A stretch of DNA of 63,711 nt, the filler included, from Bigelowiella natans CCMP2755 (taxonomy: Eukaryota > Protista > Cercozoa), in assembly GCA_000320545.1 (NCBI GenBank). It is 7 parts of 7 records of this genome, joined end to end, with 100 filler letters (N's around TTAATTAATTAA, not from the genome) between each part and the next. Parts side by side here need not be neighbours in the genome. Positions count along the whole stretch, not along the records: positions 41,040 to 49,331 come from ADNK01000809.1; positions 49,432 to 59,679 come from ADNK01001156.1; positions 59,780 to 61,594 come from ADNK01002020.1; 4 more parts are not named here. One strand, written 5' to 3'. Shown piece after piece: positions 44,842 to 60,615 of this stretch. Below the pieces are notes generated by a model that saw only the letters and a list, made by a program, of their open reading frames with translations, was not told the DNA's origin and ran no database searches. Made by a program: the position numbers and the translations under genes. Numbering within the stretch: the first letter of the stretch is position 1; the number at the start of each line of letters is the position of its first letter.

Positions 44842-45653
44842 ACATACACACACACCTAAAGTAGTAATATACATATTTGAACTGCTATTTGCACACACAC
44901 CTAAAGTAGTAGTATACATATGTGAACTGCTATTTGCAGCTACCTGTGACCAAGATAAGCACGAACGAAAAGGACAAGGTGATAAAACCCTGGCAATGCC
45001 CCCAGTCCCCCTATTATAAAAAATGGAAGGGCCTCCGAAAGGCCTTTTCGTCGCAATTGCCACACCCCCACCGGTATGAAGACTGCCTGAAAATTATAAA
45101 GGAGAGCATCGAAGGGGGGCGGAACCCGTGAGTGTCTCTCTTCCGAAAATGTTTACACAGCAACAGTGATCTTCAGCTTCCTCTGTTAGGTAGATATTCA
45201 ATCAAAAACATATAAATTTGTGTTTCATTATAATTAATGGGTGACGGCGCCATACCCCTATCGTTGTGAGAATCAAGCACAGTGCCAACGTCTGATATAC
45301 GCGAGAAGCAGGTGGTTAAGTTTACTCCTCAGTCTTTCCCCTACGATGGTCGAAAGGGACATTAAATCTATCCGTGATTGACCTTCCATGGGAAATTTTT
45401 GGATTTTTGCCTCTGGGACTCGAACAGGAGTGGCGGCCTGCAACCAAGTTACGAAGTGGTCCATTAAATAAATTGTTTGTTGTCGCAACACTTGTTTCGA
45501 TTCGTCCAATGATATGCAGCAGTCTCTGTGAACGATGGGAAGGAAAGCTATTACGATGTCTTACTTGTTTTTAGGTGCGCGGTCGAGGGCGGTGTCATCA
45601 TCGAGAGCCGCGGGCTGGCGTCGGGACAAGCTGCTGAGGCCAACCGCCGCCAT
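44776..45653 (-). CDS. Small hypothetical multi-exon gene
   Basis: MAAVGLSSLSRRQ...KN|KDCCISLDESKQ...FPME splices in frame via GTAAG/CAG; later exons include the 44788-45063 ORF. 3' end uncertain. Confidence 0.4.
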
Positions 45654-45862
45654 CGGATCCCTTCCCAACAAAATCCAAGAGCACGCACGCCGGTTGTTCA
45701 ATACCGAATAAGTCCATGTGATTTTGCAGTCAACGACAAGCAATCTGCTGATTTCTTTAGGTTTTACATGTTAGATATGTCGTCAGTAATAAATTCCCTC
45801 TATTTTTTAGGATATTTTATCTCTCTCTTCATCCCACGGATTTTCTGAGAATGGAGGGGGCA

Positions 45863-47284
45863 ATGGGCTCGTGTACGACGAAGGAAGCCTCCAAGAAGAC
45901 AGACTTGAAGAAGGAGGTCGAGGACACGAAGCAAAATTCTGGTGGAAACAACGATCTTCCCCCTCTAACGCCGGTGCCATCTGAGGTGGTTGCGAGGTAC
46001 AAGAAAGACCCGGAATGCACGTTCTTGGAGGAGGTCAGAAATTGCAAGACGATCCGTAAAGCACATGAAGGTACGTCGTAAATAGAAACGAAATAGTAGT
46101 CCTCTTTATTTGCACGTTGTCCACAAACCTTCATTCCTCAACACATTTCTAGGGCCTACCCCCACGTCCAATTGGGTGGTGCCAGGACGATTGCTGGCAA
46201 GTGACAACCCTTACTACTACAAAAATGAAAAGCAAGGTGTCGTGGCCACTTCGTAGCATTTTCAGTGAGCTTAATGTCTTGTTAATATTAGGTAATCAAA
46301 ATGTTAAGTCATTGATTAAGGTCGGTGTGCGAACGTTCGTTTGCCTGCACAAGCTAAATATCAATAAACGATCCAACTATATGGGGAAGGCTCGAAAACT
46401 TCTTCCTGAAGATGAGAAGCAGGTATATAATCTTACGATATCGTTGTATCACTTATTGGGCCAAAAATCATACTCGCATACTCTATGTCCCTCTCACTTC
46501 TGATTTGGTTTTCGTTATGATTCCTTGGTTTGGGCACCATCTTCTTCTTCTTCTTCTTCTTCTTCTACTACTACTACTACCACTCAGGCTCTCGAATTTG
46601 TATCGTTTCCCATCGGAGACATGACAACGCGGACGGACAATGAGCTTGATGAACTTACTGGTTCGAAGTCGATGCGGAAGGTGGAAGGGAAATTCACGAA
46701 CATGAATCACACTTGCGTGTGCCTTTTCTTATTCTCGCAGATCGCATCGCATACTCAATACTGACCAGACCGAAGAATGTCCATTTCGTACATTGCACTG
46801 GAGGACACGGACGGACAGGTGATAACGTCTGTCTTCTAGCAGAACATTGAGAATCAGATGCTTCCGAATCAAGACTAACGAGGCGGAAAATATATCTGCA
46901 CATAGGCACCGTGGTTGCCGTCGTTCTCGGAAAGTTATACACGCAGCTGGAGTCTGACCACGCTATGATGCGCATACAGCTTTATCACGACTCACGCAAA
47001 GAATATCAGGTCACGATGAGTCTGTAATTTAACATTTTCTGAACGTCTCGCCAAAAATTCATTTCTACTTGAAGAACTCGTTGGGTTGTTGTTATTCATC
47101 AATAGGTACTGCGACTATAGCACAACTTTGTTGATCCCTCACGTTGTTTCATTTTCATTAGGAATACGGGCAGACGTGTCACTCGCCCGAGACCAGTCGC
47201 CAATGTAAACAAATACAATCAGTGCTTAAGATGTTTCATGACAGAGACTGCAAGATCTTGTCGAAAAAACCACTTAAGGATTAA
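45863..47284 (+). CDS. Cys-based PTP/dual-specificity phosphatase-like protein, N-acylated
   Basis: MGSC N-terminus; SNWVVPGRLLA, GVRTFVCL, FPIGDM, active site VHCTGGHGRT|GTVVA, SPETSRQ. Confidence 0.85.
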
Positions 47285-47888
47285 TCTGAAGTATAAGCAC
47301 GCACGCTGGACTGTGATAAATATCGCATCTCTCATTTTGGTGAAGCTTAAAAAAAAAACTATCTGAGTTTTTCCTGCTCTATCGTATCTGCAAAGCTCGA
47401 AGGCAAAATCGAGAATATTTATTGACGCAAGTTGAGACGCGCTGTGTATCAATATACTGTGCTCGCGATTCTGGCTAATACTATCGATCCGCATCGCATA
47501 GCTTGGCCGATGTTGTAGTCTGACTTTGATATCATGCACGTGCTAAGCTATATAGCATTGCATTGCATAGCTAGAGAGGTACGTACGCTGACATCACGTG
47601 TCGCGCATCATGCGCATGCATGGCCTAGTTCGTCGAAGCCGATCTGCGATTGACTCCGCGCTAGGCTAGCATGTTATGATGCATGTAGCACACTTGCACA
47701 TATAATAAGATACGTAGCATAATTTTCGTTAGTCTTTCGCACATGCTAGCACGCACTACTGCACATACATATAGCAAATCTCAGCAGTCTGCATTTTGGC
47801 ATGTGGTGGGTTCGGGCATGCACGCAGCACAATCGATCTAGCCTAGCTTGAGCTAGGCATGTGGCGCTGTGCCATATTAAACTATATG

Positions 47889-48456
47889 AGCTATGATTTC
47901 ACATATATAAAATCCCACCCACACAGTCGCCGGCAGCGATCGAATTTATCCATTTTACATTGCTCGCTAGATGATACTAACAGCTTCATACGCTCCTCAA
48001 TATTTAGTTCGAAACTCTTATTCATAATTGTGATCGATGTTGCGTGCTTAAAAATTTACATTGAGACATACACGAAGTATACACATCTGCTGTTGCCTCG
48101 ATTCATAGTCGTCACAAGTAATTTAAAGAACAGCGAGGAAATCCTCCTAATGCTTAATCTCCCAAATGCTTCAAGGGGTTCTATAAATACCTTGTACATC
48201 ACAGTATTACCACTTAATTTTATAAATCTTTTTACTTGTCTGACGACGGCTGTGAAGCCTTTGCCTCCTCAACACTGCTGTTCTTCGTCGCGCTGTAGGA
48301 TTAACAAGAATATACGATTGAAACGCTGGATGAAAATGTTTACTCCCCCATTGTCACATGTTATTTGATGTTTGCTTCTAAATGCCATTAAATACGGTTG
48401 TAACAATGACGGGTAAGTATTACTTATTCACGGACATACACGCACGCACGCACGCA

Positions 48457-48495
<39 letters not shown>

Positions 48496-48980
48496 GCACA
48501 AACATAATGACAATACCTTACAGGCTGCTTTGGGGGGAATTTGGCTAAAGAATAATGTTCAACCAGTCAGTTCCGGTATGATTTCACAGAAGAAACGTGT
48601 ACCACAATATACCTATTGTGTTGCGCTTTCTACCATTTTTCTTCACGATTCGAAAAGGCTCTACATCGGGCCAGAAACCAGCCTCCTCCTAAGATTGGTG
48701 TCCAACACAGATGGGATATATGTGTTAACCATATTTATTCAAATTTCATGTTTATTTACATAATCTGTCTATAGTTGTGCAACGAAAGTAAGAATTATTG
48801 TACACCTTTTCTGAAGTACCCAGGAGGAGAACCTGAGAAATTAAAGTGTTGCATATACACATAAGCACATATTTTAAGAATCTATTTATTCGTATCTGCA
48901 TTTGCCATTAAAAACCGGTAAGGGAAAAGAGAGAAGCGCACCTTCAGGAATTGCGGGTCATCCTTGTCGCCCCTCGCCCT
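47889..48980 (-). CDS. 3' exons of an unidentified gene
   Basis: Series of short minus-strand segments bounded by AG/GT and separated by microsatellite introns; product not recognised. Confidence 0.3.
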
Positions 48981-49018
48981 TAACATTTATACATTGTAAA
49001 TAAAACATATTTTATATA

Positions 49019-49076
<58 letters not shown>

Positions 49077-49331
49077 CGCTGTACTTCATATATACGTGTG
49101 TGTGTGTGTGTGTGTGTGTGTGGGGGGGGGGGGGGCGGGGGGGTCTCTATGTATGTGTGTGTGTGTGTGTGTGTGTGTATGTATATGTATATATATACAC
49201 ACACACATATATACATACACACACACAGTGTGTGAGTGTGTGTGTGTGTATCTCTGTATCTATTTTCTCTCCCGAACTGCGTGTCTGCGTGAGGGTCTGC
49301 GTGTTTCCGTCTGCTTGTGAGTTCGTGAGAG

Positions 49332-49431
49332 NNNNNNNNNNNNNNNNNNNNNNNNNNNNNNNNNNNNNNNNNNNNTTAATTAATTAANNNNNNNNNNNNN
49401 NNNNNNNNNNNNNNNNNNNNNNNNNNNNNNN
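49332..49431. other. Artificial contig spacer
   Basis: 100-nt N run with TTAATTAATTAA. Confidence 0.97.
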
Positions 49432-49568
49432 CCCGTACGACTACGTACCGACCCACCCCCCCCCCCCCCTTTTTCCCCCAACGTTATTTCTGTTTTTCCT
49501 CATAACGCCATCGTACGTGCTGAATCTATTTCCATCGTTCTCCAGACCCTTGATCTGTTGTTGGTAAA

Positions 49569-49603
<35 letters not shown>

Positions 49604-49899
49604 GATGTTTTTATGGCCTCTGATTTTTATGAGATGTGCTGGCTTATTCATGACCTAGCGGCTAGGAATCATGCTTGTTACTGTGAATAATTCGTCGCGT
49701 GGCCGATGCAAATGCAGTACGCCGTATATATCATCATCATCATCATCGTCATCATCATCATCATCTCACCATCCACCTGATTCATCTTGGATTCTGCTAT
49801 TCTACCTAATTTGCCAAGCACACACAACAATGAACAACAACAACTACGCCAGCATCGCCCTTATTGTATCGTCTCTTCCGAAGTTTAAACAGTGACTTA

Positions 49900-50321
49900 C
49901 GTGCGTCCTCATAGGTGCGATTACTGCCCTGGTTGCAACCAAACGTACAACGAAGCAAATGAGAGATTGCTTGCCACCAGTAGGAAAACCAAAAAAAGCG
50001 ACAAGTAGGATTTCAAAGGCATTGACTACTTGGAGTTGGTCGCTCATGATCATCCGGTTGACAACCAAAGTCGGATTCCCTGCACGATGATGTGAAATGA
50101 TGCAATCAGATGTAATGGAGAGCAGCTTCATCAATACATGCCAGACAATAAACACAAGTACAACTCAGACAACTACAATAGGAGAGAAGATGATGGCGTC
50201 ACGGCGATGACGAACAGCATAGCTGCCGAGGAGGATGCATTTCTTATTGAAGGAAGTAACAATGAGTATCGTCTTCCTCCTCTCCACCATCACATGTAAA
50301 GAGACAACTGCATGCCAATAT

Positions 50322-50352
<31 letters not shown>

Positions 50353-51509
50353 CACGTAATTCCAGTATCAACTACATAACTAATCGCTGGGGTGTACTAC
50401 CTGCGAGCTCGTAATGGTCTCCTTTCTTTGTTTGTCGCATTGATTCATACGCAATTTCTCGTAATTCCGCCTATCATTCGATAGTCTCTCTCATAGGAAT
50501 CGCAAATAGCAGCAACGCATGCGTGCTGCAGGAGGATTACTACCTACTGACTGAGGGCAGCATCAGCAGCTTATCATTATCATTATTATTATCATTATCA
50601 TTATCATTATTATGTGGGAAGTTCGTTTCGAAGAGGAGTAAACTTGACAACCTTCCGCGCGTCGGATATCTTTTTCTTAGAGCTCGGATCTGCTTCTGCA
50701 GCATCAGCTGCCGCGTCGGGCTTTAGGTCAGGGAAAAGCTGTGGGATAAACATACACAAATGCATTTATCAAAACAAACTCCCTCTTCGCACCCATCCAT
50801 GTTGACGACGACTAGAACACCATTTACTTGACCTCGTGGAATATCCAGTCCCTGTCTGAGGCTATTGTGATAGAGAAAATTATCAAATTTTTTGTTGTGT
50901 CAGCCTCCCGTGTGTCTAATTGGCCTTTCCTTGGTTTGCTGGCTAATGGCTGCTACCGTTCTTTCCGCCAAAGAAGTTGTCTTCAGGCCCATAGTCGGAA
51001 CTCTGGCTCCAAGCTATTTCTGATGAGCAGTAGTAGCGCTTGATGGGTGGTATGTAGAGACATATACGAACACATAGAAATACAAACACACGCACGCACA
51101 CACACACACACACACACACGCACACAAGAAGAAGTGGTTTCACTCAGTGCTCTCATTACCCAGCTTTTCCGGCAAACCATCAGAGTCAACCTAAAATTAA
51201 TGTGAATATTCGCAGAGTAATCTCCACACTTATGCACTTAATTACCTTCCCCTTTGCATTTTTATCGAGCAAAGATTTCTCTTTTTCATCTGAACCAGGT
51301 TGACAAGTTGTAGTACTCGGTGATAGGCATCATCATCGATTATCTATGTGAGCGTATGTGCAAGAAACAATAATACTACCTGCTGCTACTGCGAATGTTG
51401 GTTCTTCGATCATCGCCTCAGCACTTCCGCAGCTGCGCATTATGATATTCTATTAGACCACTGAGGCACCATTCCAAGAAAATTGTGTTCGTAAGTTTCT
51501 CTCACCATT
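49900..51509 (-). CDS. 5' exons of an unidentified gene
   Basis: Exon-like segments with GT/AG ends (e.g. LFPDLKPDAAADAAEADPSSKKKISDARK at ~50654-50740); reading frame not resolved throughout. Confidence 0.3.
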
Positions 51510-52618
51510 TTTCCGCCTCTTCCTCCTCCTCCTCATCATCATCCTGTACTTTTTCATTGTCGAACTCATCGCCCTGCATCCCACGCCCCCTTTTCTCCCT
51601 TCCGCCCTGCGCCCAACCCCCGTTTATCCTCCATAGTGAATCCCTCCCACAAATTTTCTCGTGCCTTCGAACGCCTCCGCCCAAGCTACGGTAATCGACA
51701 TTGTCAGACGTCGTCTTTAGGAGGAGGCAGAAGCTACTCGCCGTGAGCAGAAAGAGCGCCCAAGCTCGCGAAAAGGACGTGATCCTACGTGAGATAGATG
51801 ATAAATTTGTGTAGGTTAAAAAAGGAAGACTCCAAAAACCACTCACCAAGCAGCCCGTCGGGCCGCCATCGAGCTGCCCACTACCACCGCTGCAGTAGTG
51901 CTTGGATTTTGGAAATTATCACGGGTGTGTGGGAAATGCATCGGATGTATATTTTCCCTAACAAAACATGTCGCTTTTGCTTGTCGCCATTGAAACATGG
52001 CGCTATTTTGTGATGATGTGAATCAAGTCAAAAACATTCATGCGACATCTCAAATGAGCAACTTCTCAAGGAGGCCATCGGCATGTTCGATTTCACGACT
52101 CCGTGTTTAGCGGGGCTTTATCAAGGTCATTTCAGAGGATACTTTGCGTTTATGCGATATTTTAGCCATAATTATGGTGAAATCTAGAAATGTATGATGT
52201 ACTCGCCCTTTCTTTAAGACTTAGGGTTTATCACACATTTTGAGGATTAAATTGTAGCTCAGACCTGGAGGATTACTACAAATGTGCCTCTAAATGTTCC
52301 CCAGATGGCAAATTTCCCAATTATCCTTCTGAAATGCTGTTCTATATCATCGATTCGTCGACTACAGTATGTCTTAAACATACCTTCTTCGGACTATACG
52401 GCATTTATTTCACACTAGCAATTTTCAGATGAAGATGATAAATTCAGAAGTGAAAAATGATGATATATATGTACTACGACAACGAATTGAAAGTAGTATT
52501 ATTGAAATCATATTCGATTTTCCCTAAAATGTCTTATATTTTGCAGTTTCGTAAACTAGGCGAAGGAGCTGGCTGCGGGTCCTCAGAGCTCATCCCTCAA
52601 AGGCAGACCTGATAAAAC

Positions 52619-54946
<2,328 letters not shown>

Positions 54947-55541
54947 TCGATGGTCTCGGTGATTGTAAATTTTACTATCTTATCTTCATTGCTGGAAGCG
55001 ATACACAACTGAAATTTTTAAAAATTCTGCGATAATTTATAGAGTGATGTGTTACTTGAACACGTTTAAAAAAGGAAAGTGTGAGAATTCGCCAATTGGC
55101 TCGAAAAGGATCATTGTATAATCATGCCATAGTATTAAAGCAAGCGCATATTAGTGATGCTATCTCTGAAGCGCTGCGATCGTCTTTATAAAAAGCGTAG
55201 TAATCCATGTGAACTAGTGGATGTTGTGCACGTTGTTCTGGTGTTGTCGACGGCGCATGATGCTAGATGCTAGCAGTTTATTAGCTAGTTAGAGGTAGGT
55301 GAGGAACGCACAGGGTGCGACAACATATAAACACTACTAGCTAGACAGTAGCTATATCTAGTGCTGCCATTCTAGCATGATTGTCTTTTTAATTCAGGTC
55401 GCCATCTAGCTGTGCATCTCTAGCGTAGCCTAGCTAGATCTAATGATGCTATGCATGCTGGATCGCACTGCATGCAGTGTGGCTAGCGTAGCGCTGTTCT
55501 GTGCATGCTGGCGTTGCAATTATAAGATGATCCACGCTAGC

Positions 55542-56019
55542 ACGGCCACCGCCACAGCCAGGTCCTAGCTGGCGTGATCAGGATGTCCAAAAATTGCACA
55601 TGCGAGCTCGCAGGCGACTAGCAAGCTAGCAAGCGCAGCACAGCGCGTGCATGTGCCCACAAACACATGATACGTTGGTTGCGGGCTGCAAAAATCCACA
55701 TTTTCGACAAAATGTGGTCAAAACATGCTTTTTTGAGGTTTTGACGCACGTTGAAAGGACGAATTTCGTACCAATGTTGAACAAACATGGAAACAAAACC
55801 GAGAGCCTCGGGTGTCACCCAAAAATGAAGCGCAAAATTCGTTTCGTGCATGACCATGGAATTTGCAACGAAAAGGTCCCATGCATGACCGACATCGCGT
55901 TCAGACACAATGTGCATGTGAAAGCAATTTGAACGCATGCGCGCGCAAAATGGATTTTGCAACGAAAATCCGGGATCACAGATCACGCCCGGGCCTGCTA
56001 GCCTGGCTGTGGTGGCCGT
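55542..56019. mobile_element. Candidate MITE/foldback element with imperfect terminal inverted repeats
   Basis: Left ACGGCCACC(GCC)ACAGCCAGG...CTAGC..GGCGTGATC is the reverse complement of right GATCACGCC...GCTAG.CCTGGCTGTGGTGGCCGT; internal inverted segments also present; no TSD identified. Confidence 0.45.
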
Positions 56020-56755
56020 AATCAGCATGCGGCAAGCCTAAGCACTCTAAACATCGCATCGCATCACTAGATCATATTTGTTGTGCATGCGCATCCATGT
56101 CATTAGTTGCCTAGTCTAGCACAGTGCAATGTTAGCCATGTTCTTGCTAAGACGGACAATGTAATCAATCAAATTGAACTTGCTCAATATTATTCTAGCA
56201 TTTAGTCATCCTCGCATACATGTAGCTACGCTAGTACGCTGTGTAATGATGTAGCGTCTCATGTGACAAAGCTTTCATTACATCCGTTTCACATGCATGA
56301 TAAAACCATGCGGCGGGCGGAATCGAACGATGCGACAAGTAGCCTGGCTAGCTGGCACAGATCAAACAACGGGCTTTGCTCGTTTATGCATGCTAGCATG
56401 GCTATCTAGCTGCTGTGGTATTTATGTCTAGATCTTTAGATGTCCATGCTGATGTGATAATCGGTTCTATAGCGAAATGAAGCACGTCACATACGTAGGA
56501 GATACAGTAGTGACTTATGATTAGCAAAATGGCCGGAGCATTGCACAGCTACACTAGGATGACTAATGAAAGAATGTAATTATTACATTACATCCGTCTC
56601 ACATACATAGGAGATGCAGTAATGACTTATGACTAGCAAAAGGTTATACTTCCCCGCTCTCGCATTACATTTTCTGAGAACATGCGATCATTACTTTGAA
56701 AAGTTGATGAAGACTTGCGGTAAGCGAGTGTGCTTACATGTATAAGTGTATATAT

Positions 56756-56796
<41 letters not shown>

Positions 56797-57035
56797 CGCG
56801 TGTGTGTACAGAAATTCATTATTTTTAAAGCTACTGTTGACTCTTCAGCAAGGGCTGGTTCAACGCATCTTCATTCGATACACTGGAGATATTTGCCTCT
56901 TTCTGGAATGAAATAGGTGGAAGTTTTAGAAATCATGATAGATGTCACAGGTAAACGATGAGAATTGACAACTCAATGCTCAGTCAATGAAGGGAAAGAT
57001 TATTTCAAGGTATCTGCCAATGGCCATAGGCCCAT

Positions 57036-57070
<35 letters not shown>

Positions 57071-57149
57071 TCTCTCTTAAACATCGTTCGAAAAAACAAA
57101 ACAACGTCGAGGCCTTTGATATTCGTATGTTGATTGCTGTCTTGGAAGA

Positions 57150-58208
57150 GGCATAGTATCACCACCTGTTGGTGCTGCTGCAAGCTCGGAGGAGCAGTAT
57201 CTCTTCCTGTGCTGCTGCCGGAGTTGACCGAGCCATGGCCACCGATTTGAGGCGCCTGAATTTAGTGTCACAAATATAACATATACAATATTATCGATCA
57301 TACTTCGTCTCAAAATGAGTCTGCACTCCTGCTCCGAAGTCACATGTAATTGACTTGATTACCCCTAGCCCTGCAAGGGCGTTTGCTGTAGAAAAGAAGC
57401 CAGAGCCGGTGTCTTGCGCCGGAGGGGTCATTGGGGAACCCATGAGAGGCGACGCTTGTCGCGACCATTTTTTGGAGGCGTTGTGCAGCTCCTTTATCTT
57501 GGGACTCGGAACTTGTGAGAACGACGGTGTGTTACGCATGGCTTTTATGAACGCCTGGAAACTGATCTTCTCCTTGTCCTAAGAGTGGCCAAAATACAGT
57601 GACTTTTTACACTCGGACGGAAGATTCGATATGGATCATGTGCGCTCAAAATGCTGCTGGTTTGCCGTTTATAGAATGAGGGTCGCCGCCACCTTGATAT
57701 CGGAGGACTCCTTTGCGATGGCGTGGCAGGTTTTTGGGGTCATGAATCCGCACGAGGTGTGCAGGTCTTCTGCCGTCACGAACCCATCGTGGTCAATGTC
57801 TATCGAGTCAAATGCCCTCCTACATTATTACATGTATCAAATATCATAATGACGACGACGACGACCACCACCACCAGATAAAACACAAGAATCAGAACTC
57901 ATGAGGTTGACAAAGATGCTGCTCCCATCGCTCATGCAATACGCGGCTAGGACATTACTTCAACTCGTCTTTATTCTGTATCCTGCCCACATGATGGGCT
58001 GCGTACATCGAGATGAAATCCTGTAGTAAGAACCAAGGCAGCAAAAACGGAGGATGCTATCAGGTGATAGTGATAGTTGTGTGAGAGACGATGTGTAAAG
58101 CCTAGCTATCGCTTATTCTCTCTTCCATAAAGCTGGCTATGATTTTAAGAAGACTTCTACGTTATTTGATGAGAGAGAGAGAGAGGGGGGGGGGGGGGGG
58201 GGGGGGGT

Positions 58209-58262
<54 letters not shown>

Positions 58263-58973
58263 CTTGTTATTGAACAGGAACCTCTTCGGTGATAGCCTCA
58301 GAGTCTTTTCTAACTTGCTCTTGCGCGTGGAGAAGGTCTTCGGCTTCCGTTTTTCCATAAACGTACCTTCAAACAACGCCGTGTCAATACCGCACACCAC
58401 CACCACCACTGCTACCACGTCTGCAATGTCATCTTCGCAGCATGGATGAGGAGACGATTACTTGCGGTTTTTGTACTGCTGCACGCCGTCGTTGTCCAAG
58501 GTCTGGATGCTACGCATTAAATCTGTTAGCTCTCTCTGCATTACCACAACGAACAGCATAAAGCAGAAACATACTTAGGACAGGGAGAATCGATACACGA
58601 GAATGCGAAGGGAGGAGGGGGGGGGGGGCACTTCAAAACTAGGTATAATTAGACCTTGTCAAGCATGCCATCCCCATTTCTGTCGTGCTCCCTGAAGATT
58701 CTCTTCAAAGTCTCCTGTGGGTGGGGAGAGAGCGAGATTGTGGATGGAGAGGTAATGTTCAGCGACACACAAAATGAATATGATGAAAATAATATGATTA
58801 AAATAATGAAAATACTGAATACAATAATGATAGTGATGATTTTGACGACTGAATTATTAAATAGCGACAACCCACTCCATTTCTTTCTCTCGCGCTCCTT
58901 GCTCAGACTAGTGCCAAACAGTGCCGTTAATCTCCTCCCCCCCACCCCGCCATGCTGACTTTCGTCGTTGTTA

Positions 58974-59008
<35 letters not shown>

Positions 59009-59406
59009 GCAATCTGCACCTTGTCGTCTTTCTTCATTTTGTCGGCCAGAACTCGTCCCACCACACGTTTCAACTTACAATGCTTCTTGAATCTGTTTAA
59101 AGAGGAGGAGGAGAAGTGAAGACAGTTAAAATTGAATGACATGATCTGGAGGACAAGCATACTAATTATTTATGTTCTTAATCTTGTTATAATAATTATC
59201 ATTATTGTTAGCATCACACACTTGATGAGAGCCGTATGAATATGCCTTGGAATCGGGTCCTCCTTTAACTCTCCGGACGTCAAAAATGGGTGTGCCAGTG
59301 CCTGCTCCACTGATGATTGATTCAAGATGATAATGCCGAGTACAAAGAGGTAAGAAGACGATGAGAGGTTGAGACAAGAATAGTAATGGTTGGAACAATG
59401 CTGCTT

Positions 59407-59454
<48 letters not shown>

Positions 59455-59585
59455 ATTCCACAATAGAAATAATCATATGTGTATGTGAGCCAGCACCTGT
59501 CATCCGATCGGGGGAATTTCTTAGGACGCCCTTTGAGGTAAAACATGCACACACAAGCACATAACGGAGGGGGGGGGAGAGGGGA

Positions 59586-59635
<50 letters not shown>

Positions 59636-59650
59636 TATTTCCTAGCCACC
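57150..59650 (-). CDS. Calcium-dependent protein kinase-like C-terminus (junction + EF hands); kinase part lost in the gap
   Basis: Junction-like RFKKHCKLKRVVGRVLADKM; EF hands FREHDRNGDGMLDKREL and AFDSIDIDHDGFVTAEDL, ISFQAFIKAM. Confidence 0.65.
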
Positions 59651-59679
59651 CATCTCGACCGAATCCAGAACGACCACGG

Positions 59680-59779
59680 NNNNNNNNNNNNNNNNNNNNN
59701 NNNNNNNNNNNNNNNNNNNNNNNTTAATTAATTAANNNNNNNNNNNNNNNNNNNNNNNNNNNNNNNNNNNNNNNNNNNN
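59680..59779. other. Artificial contig spacer
   Basis: 100-nt N run with TTAATTAATTAA. Confidence 0.97.
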
Positions 59780-59884
59780 GAGTCAGAATTCGTGCTATCA
59801 TAACTGTTGATTGAGAGGTCAAGATCAGGTAGTTTTGTCAGTACGCTCTGCCAAATAATGGGCTAGATCGTCTTCGCACCTTAT

Positions 59885-60428
59885 TTAAGAGCCTCCACCC
59901 CACGGTGCTCTTTGGCCTCCGAACATTTTCTTCGTAATCGAGGACCTCATATCGCCCCCAGCGCCCAGTTTCGGCTTCTCAGCAAACTCGAGCCGGGCCT
60001 TCTTCCTATCCCGTGCGTCGGTGCACGCCATGAACCCTGTGGCGATGATGAGGAAGATGAGAGCCGCTGAAAGCAGCCCAACAAATGCCGAGTTTATAGC
60101 GAGGCGGCTGGCGCAATAATGTCCCCGCCCCTTCCCACTTGTTATGCGAAGCAAACCGGCGTTGTATCGGATCTAAGAGGGGTGAGGGCCGGCGTCGGTC
60201 GAATCCACGCTTCTGTCCTGTGTGTGGCTGGAGGCGGTGTTGCCGCTCGAAGTAAGATTTCGGCGTCGATATATGTCGCACTGTAAAAATCGCCGGCGAA
60301 ACGGCCTCCTTTAAAGCTCTAAAACTCGGCAAGAAAAACACCTGGAAAAAACTGAAGAAACGCATGAGAAAAGGCTCCTGCGACAGGCCCCAAGAGAGAA
60401 AAGCGACGAAGATGAGAAAAGGCACCAT
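59885..60428 (-). CDS. Small hypothetical membrane protein (signal peptide + C-terminal TM helix)
   Basis: MVPFLIFVAFLSWGLS leader; last exon has FVGLLSAALIFLIIATGFMAC followed by a basic tail. Internal splicing is inferred. Confidence 0.45.
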
Positions 60429-60615
60429 GCCACGAGAAATCCGCTGTATCACCATTCGATCTGGAACATGTTTTATGCGGATAATTACCAAAATGTATCC
60501 ATAGAGCATAACAATAATATATTCTGAGTATAACGTGGCTTAATCAGAACTTTACATGTTATATAAGATATTTTTGCATTAAATTTTGTCCAATTCTCAG
60601 GGCTGTGCTCCAGCC

